Shown piece after piece: positions 13,147-24,749 of a stretch of 44,815 nt of DNA. The first letter of the stretch is position 1, and the number at the start of each line of letters is the position of its first letter. Source of the stretch: Octopus bimaculoides. Taxonomy: Eukaryota. The notes below the pieces were generated by a model. The model saw only the letters and a program-made list of their open reading frames with translations. It was not told the origin of the DNA and searched no databases. The translations under genes and the position numbers were made by a program. The stretch lies in the NCBI RefSeq assembly GCF_001194135.2, contig NC_068992.1, positions 53,785,983 to 53,830,797 of the forward strand, written 5' to 3'.

Positions 13147-13317
13147 CGTTTCGAGCCTACGCCCTTCAATACACACACACACACACACATATATATTGAA
13201 AAGCGTAGGCTCGAAACGTCAAAGGATTTTCCATTCTTCCCGAGCGTTAAACTAATACACCTTCTTGTTGTTCCCTTGTCTGTGTTCGTCTTTTGTTACC
13301 AGTAAATTTGAACTATA
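13147..13317 (+). mobile_element. Penelope-like element terminal (pLTR) fragment with a 25-bp inverted copy
   Basis: 13194-13317 matches the reverse complement of 21603-21750 (GAGCGTTAAACT.ATACACC, TTCGTCTTTTG). It carries GCGTAGGCTCGAAACGTC, abuts TA/CA microsatellites, and 13147-13171 is an inverted copy (23/25). Penelope assignment is inferred from the hammerhead-like motif and architecture. Confidence 0.55.
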
Positions 13318-13343
13318 TGTATGTATATATGTATGTATGTATG

Positions 13344-13382
<39 letters not shown>

Positions 13383-15544
13383 GTGCGTGTGTATGTATAT
13401 ATCGCGTGTATGTATATCTGCGTCTCTTTATGGCCCGTAACTTACCATTTCAGGGGACTGATTTTGATAAAATGATTAATGAAATCTCTAACAGAGTTGA
13501 TGTTTATAAAATGAACTCTTGAATGTGGTGCCTCAATATGGCTACAGTAAAACTGTATCGACTATGTTCCACCTCAGTAGACAATTGTTTGTGTGCTTGG
13601 GCGCAAAAAATATCACAGTATTATTATTATGAAGAATGTTTATCTCGACATGAATACACAACTATGTTTGACTTTGCACCTGATTAAGTTACTAAGTTGT
13701 TCTTCAAAATCTGTCATTAATATATCGCTGTGTGCCTTCACACTCGTATAGTCAATCTCCACCCGATGTCTCTCTTTCTTTCTTGCTCTTTTCGTCTCTC
13801 TCTTTCGCAACCTCCCCCCCCCCCACCTTCTCTGTCTCTCTCTCTCATTAATACGTGTGAAAGAACAATAATTCTTGATAATATCTCAGAGAAACTTGAT
13901 AGCAAAATATTTGTCTTTCAAAAGAAAATCTTGAAAATATTCCGGACTAAGAAACAAACGGAAAAATATACATTCACTTATGTTTTGTTTCCTCTTGGCA
14001 TCGTTTCAAGTGTTTTTCTTCGTTCTTTTCACTTTTTTTAAAAAATATTTTCTGTTTAGATAGCTAAACTTCTAAGTAATCCCACTTGAACAGCCCTAGA
14101 CTTTCAGAAGTCTTCTGCCAAATAATTACAAGATAAACATAAATGTTTGTGAAAAAAATCGACCACCTGCAAAGCTGAAATATGAGCAAGCCATTTCGAT
14201 CACTATGCGTATAATATAATGTAGAAATTATTCAGATTTAAGAAATAAATCTTTGCCAATCTTTTCTCAGCAAGAAATTCTCTTTGTAGACCTGCCTTTA
14301 TTATAGAAAACTCTCAATTCAGGAACCGGTTTGATATAACATATTTAAGTAGAAGCGTAACCCTTTTACATGCATTTCTACCTACCGCCAGCTATTTCCC
14401 TGCAAAACATTAAACACAATCTCTCTTGTGTACTCCACACCTCTAAAGAAAACTGAGCCCTTTTGTAAATGATTCCACCTCTTATGAACTCCCCAATATT
14501 TCACACTTAACGAAAAAATAATATGCTTGTAGCCTGTAATGAATCATCTCTTATTTCTATCTCAGGAATCCCTCAAAGCACACCGCACTTTTCATCGCTT
14601 TCCTTGTAAGAAACAAAAGAAAAGTATAAACGAACATCTTACTCTGATCTGATCACAGAACATGTTTTTGTTCGTTCACTTTTTCTCATAGTGTTGCCAT
14701 AGTAATTCTATAACCTGTAATGCCAGCTGTTCTATTTTCTTTCATTTTCTTAGTTTCGACTTAAATTTCTTTACTTTCTCATGAAAGAAAGAATAAATCG
14801 CTTCTCTGTGATTTTTTAAAATCATTTCTGTCAGGTATTTTACAGCTTGTTGCGCTTTTCGAAGTTTAACTCTTCTGTCTTAAATCACGCTTAGTTTATT
14901 TTGATAAATAAAATCAACGTTTGTAACTACCTTCCAAATAAACTAAGTTTCTTGTTGTTTTTTTTTTTAAATTGAACGAGTTTAATGAATGCTTGTAAAC
15001 AATGTAGAAAAAAGAACTGTGATGTATTTTCAAACTAATTTTAACGAAACATTAGACACCTTAACTATACCTTCCCGAACCATTTCACTTAATTTTCCAC
15101 TATATCTCGCTTTGGGTGTTTTGATCTTCGCCGAGTTACAATACTTGATGGAATGAAATCTACACAAAGCTACTTGTCAAGATTGGAATTTATCTCCGTA
15201 TTTCAGATATCTTAAAATACACTATAGAATTAGTCACAGACGCGAATGAGAATTAACAAAGAAACGGCATCATCATGATTTACAAACGTTTCTTGTATTC
15301 AGACATAATACAAAGCGGTGTTAAAATCATTGCAGCGATTTCAATCTGGGATTGAATCTAGAATTGTGGAAATCCTTGCAATCCAGTAATATAACAAGTA
15401 AGGGGTAGCTTTTGATATTATTTATGTTGCTTAACTCCAGATTAGCTCTAAAGAAAGCTGTTCCAGTTTGAAGCAGTTCATCTTATTATTGAGGTTATAT
15501 GTATAGGCGTTCTGCATTTCGTCATTTCGGGATTGCTATAGTAC

Positions 15545-15740
15545 CGGTCAGGTTCGGGGCATCATGTAATCAATTAAGCTCCCTCCCACTTAATTTCTGG
15601 CCCCTTGTTTATGTTAGAAATAATTAATTGTCTTCATAAACGAGGAATGCTTCACGGTAATTCGCCCGTCTACATTCTGAGTCCAAATTCCGCCGAAGTT
15701 GTCGTTGCCTTTATAATTTCGGGGTCGTTAAAATAAGCAT
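15545..15740 (+). mobile_element. SINE family B fragments (a 3' tail followed by a 5' body)
   Basis: CCCTCCCACTTAATTTCTGGCCCCTTGT tail at about 15580-15610; TTCTGAGTCCAAATTCCGCCGAAG...TTTCGGGGTCG...AAAATAAG at 15665-15737. Confidence 0.6.
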
Positions 15741-15854
15741 TATTTAATGTTGCAGATGTCAGGCCAAGAAAGAAAGATCATGGTTGGCCGGACACTGGTC
15801 ACGTGGAAGGAGAAGAGATGGGTAGGGGGCAGCGGGATTGAAGGACTAGAAAAA

Positions 15855-15900
<46 letters not shown>

Positions 15901-15901
<1 letters not shown>

Positions 15902-15998
15902 CCACGGACTTCTTTCAGTTTCCGTCTACCAAATATACTCACAAGGCTTTGGTCAGCCCGAGGCTATAATAGAAGACACTTGCCTAGGGTGCCACACA
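15901..15998 (-). mobile_element. SINE family A internal fragment
   Basis: CTTTCAGTTTCCGTCTACCAAAT..ACTCACAAGGCTTTGGTC.GCCCGAGGCTATA.TAGAAGACACTTGCC, close match to 10960-11040 and 10100-10180. Confidence 0.85.
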
Positions 15999-16195
15999 CA
16001 GAGAAATTAGATACTTACATTCTATTATTATGCTCGCACATATACAATGACATTTATAATACACAAATCCATGTGATTATGTTCCATTTTCATTATATGT
16101 GATTAAGTAGAAGCATCTAAAGTGAGAGAAACGTGGACGGATTACGAGGGGTAGAAAGACAAAATTGTAGTTGATACTCACATAAATGTCTTCCG

Positions 16196-16315
16196 TGTGT
16201 GTGTTAGTGTGTGTGTGTGTGTTTGTGTGTGTGTTAGCGTGTGTGTGTGTGTGTGTTAGCGTGTGTGTGTGTTAGTGTGTGTGTGTGTGTGTGTTAGCGT
16301 GTGTGTGTGTGTGTG
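16196..16315. repeat. Compound (GT)n tract punctuated by TTAG(C) units
   Basis: Five GTGTTAG(C/T) interruptions within the GT repeats. Confidence 0.85.
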
Positions 16316-17546
16316 AAGAGAGGGCGTGTGATAAAGGGAAAAGGTTTGGAGGAAAAGAATTAGTAGACCGTGATGAAATATTGCATAAACTATTCACATA
16401 ACAACATTGCAATAATATTAAATAGACAATCGCTGCAAACTGCTAGTCTCCATATATTGCTATACAAACGAAAGTTCCTGTGCTATTAGCCTTAGAAATT
16501 TCTATTTAATATTCATACGTTCTAGCATATATCTTAGCGATCGTATACTATGTTTTGTTACCAGGTTAAGGAAACATTTCTCATAGATGTCATATTTTAT
16601 AATTAAATATAAAGTCAGTATTTTTACAGTCCGCTATAAATCCCTCATATTAACATGCATACTACGTACGAAATAAACACTTCGAAATGATAATGTAATA
16701 TTCGATATAAGCAAAATAACATTGTCGGTATACACTTTATGACAATAGTCTAACAAAAGACTTAATTAATGGAAATATGAACCAAAATGCATTTCCAAAT
16801 ATATACAGTAATTTCTAAAGCTTAACGCATGCATTACTTAAGAAAGCAAAACGATCTAAAAGCATGTTTTATGAAAAATAGTATTTTATATATCTAAATA
16901 TGTCCATTTGCTGACTTTGCAAAGATATGTGTATATAGGTTTTCCAATGTTTGATAGCAGAGGCAAAACACAGAGAACTCGTTATTATTGTAGACTAAAT
17001 ATATCCGTAACAATATAGGATAATTAAGTTAGTTTATGGTACATTAGTGAATGGATTCACTGCGGCACTTTACATAGATCCACGTTCAATATTTGAAAAA
17101 TCCTACAAAAGATTCTGTTCTGTAATGGCCGATTAACTAACATAGCTATATTAACACTCTCACGGACATATGTATGTGTGTACTCCACGTTTGTATGTGT
17201 GTCTGTTATATCAACAGAAATGAGCCTGCCAAAACCGATTTCGTTTCACCTGGAGGCTCGTAAGAAAGCCACTATCATATTTCTCCCTAATATACAACAG
17301 CGCAAATAAAACAATACATTTTCATGGACTCGTTATTTTTTATGAAGGTCATTGAAAGACTTTGGTGTTTGAGTCCATGAGTCTACGTTACCTGAACATT
17401 TACCTATTTCCTCCAACTTTCTGCGAGAATCCGTAAGGAGATTCTTGTGATTTGTAGCGCTTAGTAGTCAACGAATTTTCATATAACATTTCTCCTAACT
17501 ACATTGTTACGTAATAGCATTTTTAGTACAATAAAAATGCTAATCG

Positions 17547-17740
17547 TTTCTACTATAGGCACAAGGATTGAAATTTGGTGGGAGGAGGCTTGTCGAGCAC
17601 ATCGACCTAGTTCTCAACTGGTACTTATTTCATCGACCCAGAAAAGATGAAAAGCAAATCGAACTTAGCGGAATTTGAACTCAGAACATACACACCTGAA
17701 GAAACAGTTCTGAGCTAACAATTCTGCCAGCACGCCGACT
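17547..17740 (-). mobile_element. SINE family B
   Basis: CTGGTACTTATTTCATCGACCC...GCGGAATTTGAACTCAGAAC...GCTAACAATTCTGCCAGC.CGCC. Confidence 0.8.
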
Positions 17741-18982
17741 TAATAATAACAACAACAAAAACAATAATAATAACAACTACTATTCAAACAACAAATTATT
17801 CTCGAAACACAATATAGTTACATTAACACACGAATAATTGGATTACCATTCATTTGTTAATTATTAATGACCAATCGATTGCAGTCCTCCCATTCTGGTA
17901 GAGAATGTCGTCCTCCCATTCAGTTTGATTGTTTTGTTTGTTTCATTGTTTTCTGGAGGGTCCTTGTAAACTTTTGTTAATTTTTAAGCTTCATGTCAAC
18001 TCTGATGACCGAACTTATAATCAAATACCTTTTCGTTATGGTTAGCCTGTCATTTTCTTTTCAGGTACAATGTACTTAGATTTACATTACGCAAAATGTC
18101 CTCTCAGTTTTAAGACCCTACTGTCTGATATGATGAGATTTGTCTACTCTTTCTAGGAGGTTGACTGACCACATACACTTAGAAATCGATATGCTGTATC
18201 GACCGCTCTGAAATGTATTTCCTGTGTGTTCGATATAATTCATCTTTAGCATAGCACCTTCTATCGATACGCTAATGTGCCTTTATGAGGCACTAGTCAA
18301 TAAATAGACATGATATTGTTCTGATGTAGTTTGATTCTAACAGTTGTTTTCACTTGTACGTAGAAGTACTCTTAATTAATCCTATTGCTTTCAACTATCA
18401 AAGCTATGCTTTTCTATAGAAATATAGTTAACTTTTATGCTGCTTTTATTGAACACTACAAGCATAAACAATACAGTGTAAATTCAATTCTTCAGAAATG
18501 GAGAGAAATAACATTTCATCATTTACTCTTCAAATATCACAGTATATATAGAGATGAAAGGGTACTAGAAATCTTTAATAAGTTGTTTTTTTTTCTCAGT
18601 TGCTCAAACTGCAATGCATTACGTTAACTGTTCGAGAAATAGAACATTTATAAGCAAATAATTCAGGTGCTAAAGTGAAGACAAGAGGAATTGAGAATAA
18701 AGTACAAAAAAAATCGTGAACTAGTTCGTTTAAATGTTGACCTACCATTATAAATGCTGGCAGCAAAAAAAAAAAAGATACTACTGTGTAAGTCTGTATA
18801 GGGATGATATTGACATGGCAGAAATAGCAGTCAAGTATCCTGCTAAAGAAGCACCAAAGTCATAAGAAAGTGTCTGCTGGATGATGAAGGTGAGGAGATG
18901 GGGCAATAAGGAAAATGTTTCTTCCGGTGTGCCTTCGATTATAAGTCTGATTGATCGTGGCTGATCTGGACTGAATCAAGCA

Positions 18983-19030
18983 TTACTACTACTACTACTA
19001 CTGCTGCTGCTGCTACTGCTGCTGCTGCTG

Positions 19031-19088
<58 letters not shown>
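18983..19088. repeat. Compound (CTA)n/(CTG)n microsatellite
   Basis: Directly visible. Confidence 0.95.
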
Positions 19089-19251
19089 CACAACAGAAGG
19101 TAAACGATAAAAGTAGAGTCTTTATTTGGTAGTTCGACATGACATGCTAGAAATATTTTTCATATACCTACGNNNNNNNNNNNNNNNNNNNNNNNNNNNN
19201 NNNNNNNNNNNNNNNNNNNNNNNNNNNNNNNNNNNNNNNNNNNNTATATAC

Positions 19252-19287
<36 letters not shown>

Positions 19288-19443
19288 AAGGCAAGGTATA
19301 AATAATGGTCATTACATATTTGTCCTTTGTTGGAGTCAATGTATATATATGAAAATGGAAACTCTAAATATATATATTTCTGCAGTTCTAACGGCAACTC
19401 TGCGTTCAAAAATTTGACTTATTTGTATCGTACAGTATATATA

Positions 19444-19982
19444 CAGGGTACGATGGGTAAATTGCTGCCATGTTATATCTTTCATTGCGTGCATGGGCAT
19501 TGTTTGTTTTTGATTTTGTCGACTACAGAGTATAGTAGAGCCCGTTGGGCACCATCGGTGAGGAAAACAGCACCATGACGCAATTCACTCTGCCAGAAAT
19601 TTGGAAACGACATGCTGTATTGCTTGGCAATCGTGCCAGAATCTCTAATACGACCATTTAAGAGTGTTTGGGTAACAATTTGATGACAGTGCAGAAAATT
19701 CACTAAGAGTTGGATGAGGCTAATGGTGATTAGGAAGGTACGGTAGCTCGGAAAACTCAATATGATCGCTCTGATATGAAAAGAACTCTTGAATTCCTTG
19801 GTGAGGACCAGACCATGATTGAGAACGATCCCTCCAAGTTAATCGCGTCCATTGCCAGGGACATGGGTGTGTCTGAGTTTCTTATCAGGCAGGTATTGCC
19901 TGAAGACATTCAGTATTCCTCATACAAGATGAGAAAGGATCAATTTTTATCCCAAGCTATCAAAAAGAAGATAACGTTTTAG
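19444..19982 (+). mobile_element. Tc1/mariner-superfamily DNA transposon, left end plus N-terminal transposase pseudogene
   Basis: Starts TA|CAGGGT. ATG at 19575 gives MTQFTLPEIWKRHAVLLG...; the same frame continues through three in-frame stops to IENDPSKLIASIARDMGVSEFLIRQV (helix-turn-helix-like) and YSSYKMRKDQFLS. No catalytic domain present. Confidence 0.75.
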
Positions 19983-20334
19983 ATCAGCTTTCGACCTGCA
20001 GAGACGTTTCCAATTGTGGCCTTTATTTTTTTCTTCTCAGTAGGAATGTGTCAAGGTGCGCGCGGTGATAGGACCATCTCAAAAATAACACGATTTTTTT
20101 TTTTTTGGTGCATCAGCGGACAACCGATTATGTTGGAAGTTATTAATTGAACTCACATTATAACTGGAAGTTTTTATCATGAAAGCAAATGTGGTTTTTT
20201 GAAAAGTTGGAGAATCGTTTTAACAAAGGAAGGGATTTGATTCACTTCGAGGGTGCATCAATATGGGCGGCGTATTGTTACCCGTTAAACTTTAAGCAGT
20301 TTTGAATATTTCAACTAATAATCCTTCCTACAGC

Positions 20335-20495
20335 AGGAACATTTTGGGAGTGACGGAGGCTAGTCAATCACATTGACCCAGAAAGAATGAAAATAAAGTC
20401 TTCCTGGGTACTATTTGAAATCAGAACGTAAAGCCGGAAAAATGCCGTCGTAAATTTTCTTTAGCGTTCTAACGAACCTGCCAGCCAATCACCGC
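20335..20495 (-). mobile_element. SINE family B, degraded and internally deleted
   Basis: ATTTTGGGAG...AGTCAATCACATTGACCC...GAAATCAGAACGTAAAG...CTAACGAACCTGCCAGC..TCACCGC. Confidence 0.6.
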
Positions 20496-21042
20496 ATTTC
20501 CGCTAATATTCGATATAAGGAGATAAAAACCTAACTTTAAACAGGCGTTTAAGATAAAATTCTTATAGAATAATATTTTAGTATCCTCTGAAATACAAAC
20601 ATAACATTTATCATCTATATGTTACAAAACGCTTTATAGCGTTTATTTATTAAAAAAAAACAAAGACATATACACTTCAACATTGTTATGGCGAAGAACC
20701 TTTCAAAGATTTCTGAAGTATGTTTTGGAAATATTTAAATCATTTCATATATAATTTAAAATGCTATAACAAGTGAGTAAATGATAGATGTTAAAACATT
20801 TTTCAATGTAAATATTTGCTATATGTGTAGAAATATTATTCGTACGACTTAATTAAACAATATTATAGTTAAAATTTTTATATTATGTATTTCTTTTTCC
20901 AAAAATACTTAGCTGATAAATTAGAGTTTACTGGTACTTATGTTCTTTTTAAGAGTCACTGTGATGTTAAACCAAATTATTTTGTTAACTATTTTTTGTC
21001 TGATATTTATTAATATGTCTGTTGATGTTGTTGTTGGTACTG

Positions 21043-21044
<2 letters not shown>

Positions 21045-21120
<76 letters not shown>

Positions 21121-21225
21121 TATTATTATTATTGTTCAGTAGTTTTATTTTTATAACGTGCTTTCACTTCACTACCTAGCGCAGCTCTGTGTGCCTTGGA
21201 TATGTGTTGTGGTTTGCTGTGATGC
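21045..21225 (-). mobile_element. 3' end of a non-LTR retrotransposon with a (TAA)n tail, severely 5'-truncated (possibly R4/Dong-like)
   Basis: About 90 bp of unique sequence (GCATCACAGCAAACCACAACACATATCCAAGGCACACAGAGCTGCGC...AAGCACGTTATAAAAATAAAACTACTGAAC on the minus strand) directly followed by (AAT)n. Clade assignment is from recall only. Confidence 0.5.
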
Positions 21226-21602
21226 CAAAACTACGCGTCCTTCTCCTCCATTGGTCAGTTGAAGCTTAGATTGTGTCACCTGACATTTAGCTGGCTGTGG
21301 CTGCTGGAGCCTACCGGAGAGAATTTAAAGGGAAATTTGGCAGGGTGGTCACTCGACAGCTGACATTCGTTGACGCTGCATCGAAGAAACCAAAGAACAA
21401 AAAGCTAAATAAAAAAGCAAAATAACGCATTCAGTGCCAAAGCTGAAGACATCTCCGAAAAGTGGGGGCCCGTCACGTCGAAAGTGGTGGAGGAGTAGGA
21501 GCCAAAACTGGACGTGGTTCCTCCTGATGATGTCCTTAGCCACTGGATCCTATAAAAGAGTTGTTGAGGTAGCGAACCACGAAGCGTGGTTGGAGTTCAT
21601 AT

Positions 21603-21790
21603 ATATATATAGTTGGGATTTACAAAAAAAAACAAAAAAACAAAAGACGAAGGTAGGTGTGTAAACAACAAACAGGTGTATCAGTTTAACGCTCGGAAAG
21701 GTGAGAAAGTCTTTTACATTTCGAGCCTGCGCTCTTCAGCAGTAAAGAGCACGGGGAAATAATCAGAGTGCGGAAAGTGATGATGAAATA
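21603..21790 (-). mobile_element. Penelope-like terminal fragment with a minimal hammerhead-like motif
   Basis: Homologous to 13194-13317 and ends in (TA)n; minus strand 21750-21709 reads CTTTA-CTGCTGA-A-GAG-CGCAGG-CTC-GAAA-T-GTA-AAAG. Confidence 0.55.
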
Positions 21791-22269
21791 GAATAGCAAG
21801 AATATATAAATATTTCCATTATATAAATTTTAATATTGATTTTTCGGGAAAATTTTCTTGAAATAAATTTACTGTTATTTTCAGAGCAATATGTGTATAT
21901 ATCTCCACAATGTTCGCATTATCTTCTAAATGTCTGGGCTTCCAGCATTTTGTGACGTGTGAATACATTTTATTTTATTTTTTATTTTATTTTTTTTTAC
22001 AATTTAAGTATTTGTGAAATATTCAATGGAAATATTGCAAATGTTTCGTATAATAAATAACCTTATGAAAATACATTCACAGTCTATTTAAATATTAGAA
22101 TATTGATAATGATCAATATGGGTATTATGCCAATAAGGACGATGACGTTTTTGACGGTGAGAATGACGACTATAACAATATTAATAATAATATATATTAT
22201 TATTATTGTTGTTGCTGTTGTTGTTGTTGTTATTATTTTATTAATAACAGCAACAATAAGAATAATAGT

Positions 22270-22281
22270 AATAATGATGAA

Positions 22282-22340
<59 letters not shown>
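22270..22340. repeat. (AAT)n microsatellite
   Basis: Directly visible. Confidence 0.95.
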
Positions 22341-22342
<2 letters not shown>

Positions 22343-22660
22343 TTTAAAACTGCAAGTATAAAAACCTGTTTGTGTCTTCAAGGAAGCCAACAAATACAAA
22401 ACAATGATTGAAGAAACTGATTATTGGAAAAAGAAGAGGCAAAGTTAAAAAGTTAAAAATAGAACTACACGTTGATTCACTAAACTCGTGAAAAGGAAAT
22501 CATTCATACAGCTAATAAGTTGTAAATCTTTAGAAACACAGCTGTTATATAAATACACTCGCAAAGGTCTCCTAGAATTATGACACGACCGTACTTTGAT
22601 AATAGCAATCGTCACAGTCAAAGGGATCTAAGGAAATGTGTTAGATATTATTGTCAGTAG

Positions 22661-22961
22661 CACCCCAGAAAGTGGCACTCCGTCGGTTACGACGACGTGG
22701 GTTCCAGTTGATCCGACCAACAGAACGGCCTGTTCGTGAAATTCAAGTGGCTGAGTATTCCACACACACGTGTATCCTTAACGTAGTTCCCAGCGTGACA
22801 CGGAATGTGGCAAGGCTGGCGCTTTGAACATTTTGTTCCTGCTGAGTAGACTGGAGCAACTTGAAATAAAGTGTCTTGCTCAAGGACAGAAGGTATCGCC
22901 AGGAATTAAACTGACGACCTTACAATCGTGGGCCGAAAACCCTAAATACTAATCCATGTGC
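22661..22961 (-). mobile_element. tRNA-derived SINE sharing its central block with family C but with a different 3' part
   Basis: Reverse complement contains a tRNA-like head (TGGATTAGT...GTCAGTTTAATTCC) and TCCTTGAGCAAGACACTTTATTTCAAGTTGCTCCAGTCTACTCAGC, near-identical to 7561-7605. Confidence 0.8.
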
Positions 22962-23593
22962 TTTTACAACACTGAAAATGTGAGTTCCCTAATCGAAGTC
23001 TCATTCCAAATAATTGATAAAGAATTTGAACTAGAAATGAAAAAAATATATAACCTGGAAATTGAAGCAACCAGGAGTGTGAACTGTAAATGGAAAGAAT
23101 ACCTATAATAATAGATGGCTTTTGAATGAATAAAATGAGTAAAGACATATGCATAATCAAAACTACAAGTCATACAATTATACAAAACATATAGCAATTA
23201 ACAACAATAGGTACTGTAAAGTGTTGTGTGAAAGTACAACACCCTTATGGCTTGGCTCCGAATGGACTGTGCGATACAACATAAAATAATTTCCATGTAA
23301 TAGAAAATATAAATTCAAAACAAAATATTGGATATATCCAAGCCGTGCAGGCCTTCGTTTAGTCCTGTGTTGAAAGAAAGCAATAAAAATACGATTGCTA
23401 AAAATAAAATTAATAGGAAGAATGTAAAAATGAAAGATAATGCTGAAGGTAAATGATTTTAATATGTATGAATGAAACTCTCCTAGATGATGCTAATATT
23501 ATTAGCTTTTTTGCAATTAATTCTGTGAAGTGCCAGCTTTAGAGTTTGTTTGTGGAACGTAACGCAGTTTAAAACTGAGTAAAATTGACTTTT

Positions 23594-23804
23594 CTATTTA
23601 AGGCACAAGTCCCGAAATTTTGGAGGAGGGAGCCCAGTCGATTACATCGACCCCAATACGCAACTTTAGCAACTAGTATTTAATTTATCGACCCCGAAAG
23701 TCAAAGTCGATCTCGGCGGAATTTGAACTCACAACGTAGAGACAAACGAAATACCGATAAGTATTTCGCAAGGCGTGCTAACGATTCTGCCACCTCGCCC
23801 CCTT
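23594..23804 (-). mobile_element. SINE family B, full length, with a 16-bp target-site duplication
   Basis: Complete head to tail; flanked by AGTAAAATTGACTTTT (23578-23593) and AGTAGAATTGACTTTT (23805-23820), 15/16 identical. Confidence 0.9.
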
Positions 23805-23856
23805 AGTAGAATTGACTTTTATCTTGGGTTATTCTCACTTCAAATGGCAATAATAA

Positions 23857-24000
23857 TAATTCTTTCTGTTATGAGTTGAAGGACTGACTAGTCGACTTCA
23901 TCGTTCTGAGTTCAATTTGAACTTATTTTATCGATCAATAAAAATAAAAAACAAAGTTGACCTCGATGAAATTCGAAATGTGAACGTGAAGAGACGCAAA
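23857..24000 (-). mobile_element. SINE family B, degraded
   Basis: ACTAGTCGACTTCATCG...ACTTATTTTATCGA...CAAAGTTGACCTCG...GAACGTGAAGAGAC. Confidence 0.55.
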
Positions 24001-24230
24001 CTATAAGAAGCTTGTCGTCTTGTCGTATATATATATATATATATATAACTATCTGTGAGTTTGTGTTTTCTCCCACCATCGCTTGGCTAACTGTAATGGT
24101 CTGTTTATGTCCCTGTAACTGAGCAGTTGACTAAGGAACCGATATAATAAGTACCAGTGTTTGACTAAACACTTCAAAGTTGTTTCCCGGTATGGTTGCA
24201 CTCCATTGGTTGAAACAAATAAAAGATAAA
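24000..24230 (+). mobile_element. SINE family A, 3' half
   Basis: GAAGCTTGTCGT, (TA)n, CCCACCATCGCTTG...TTTATGTCCCTGTAACT...TGAAACAAATAAAAGATAAAA. Confidence 0.75.
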
Positions 24231-24309
24231 ATGCATGTCTAAGTACTTCGCTGAGGTACTTAGAAATGAGCTGGGACATTTGTTTTGCTGACGATTATAT
24301 ACTTAGAAG

Positions 24310-24600
24310 AAACATATCTCCACAGTTACCCACTTCTTTCAATTTGAAATGTTCTTTTCCTTTCTGGCATAACAATTTCGGAGAATTCTTATTCATGATA
24401 TTGCCTCCACTTCTCATCAACGGTTTGCTCCAAATTCCACCAAAGAACTGTTCTGTTTGCTCTGGAAACGAGGATAGGTTCGCTGGAACAAGAATATATC
24501 TTGTATAATATTTGATATAGCTTTATTTGTTTTAGTTCTTCAAATACACGAGACTGTCTACTCTGGGTTATTTCTCTAAGCACATATTTGTTACATTTAT
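24310..24600 (-). mobile_element. Possible decayed non-LTR retrotransposon ORF fragment
   Basis: Minus frames give TQSRQSRVFEELK and QTEQFFGGIWSKPL, reminiscent of the region upstream of RT in RLE-type LINEs; recall-level similarity only. Confidence 0.25.
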
Positions 24601-24680
24601 GCAATATTATCCAAGCCATAAATGCGTATGATTATATTTATACACCTGTTTGTGAGTGTATGTGCGTGCGCGCGTGACCG

Positions 24681-24749
<69 letters not shown>

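Noticed and set aside
21230-21600. GC-richer segment with ORFs 21349-21543 and 21434-21664
   Set aside because: Only vague resemblance to an RTE-type LINE C-terminus; could not be supported as a gene or a classified element
20940-22411. Poly-L, poly-I, poly-Y, poly-M ORFs here and at 6813-7236 and 29588-29866
   Set aside because: Translations of trinucleotide microsatellites
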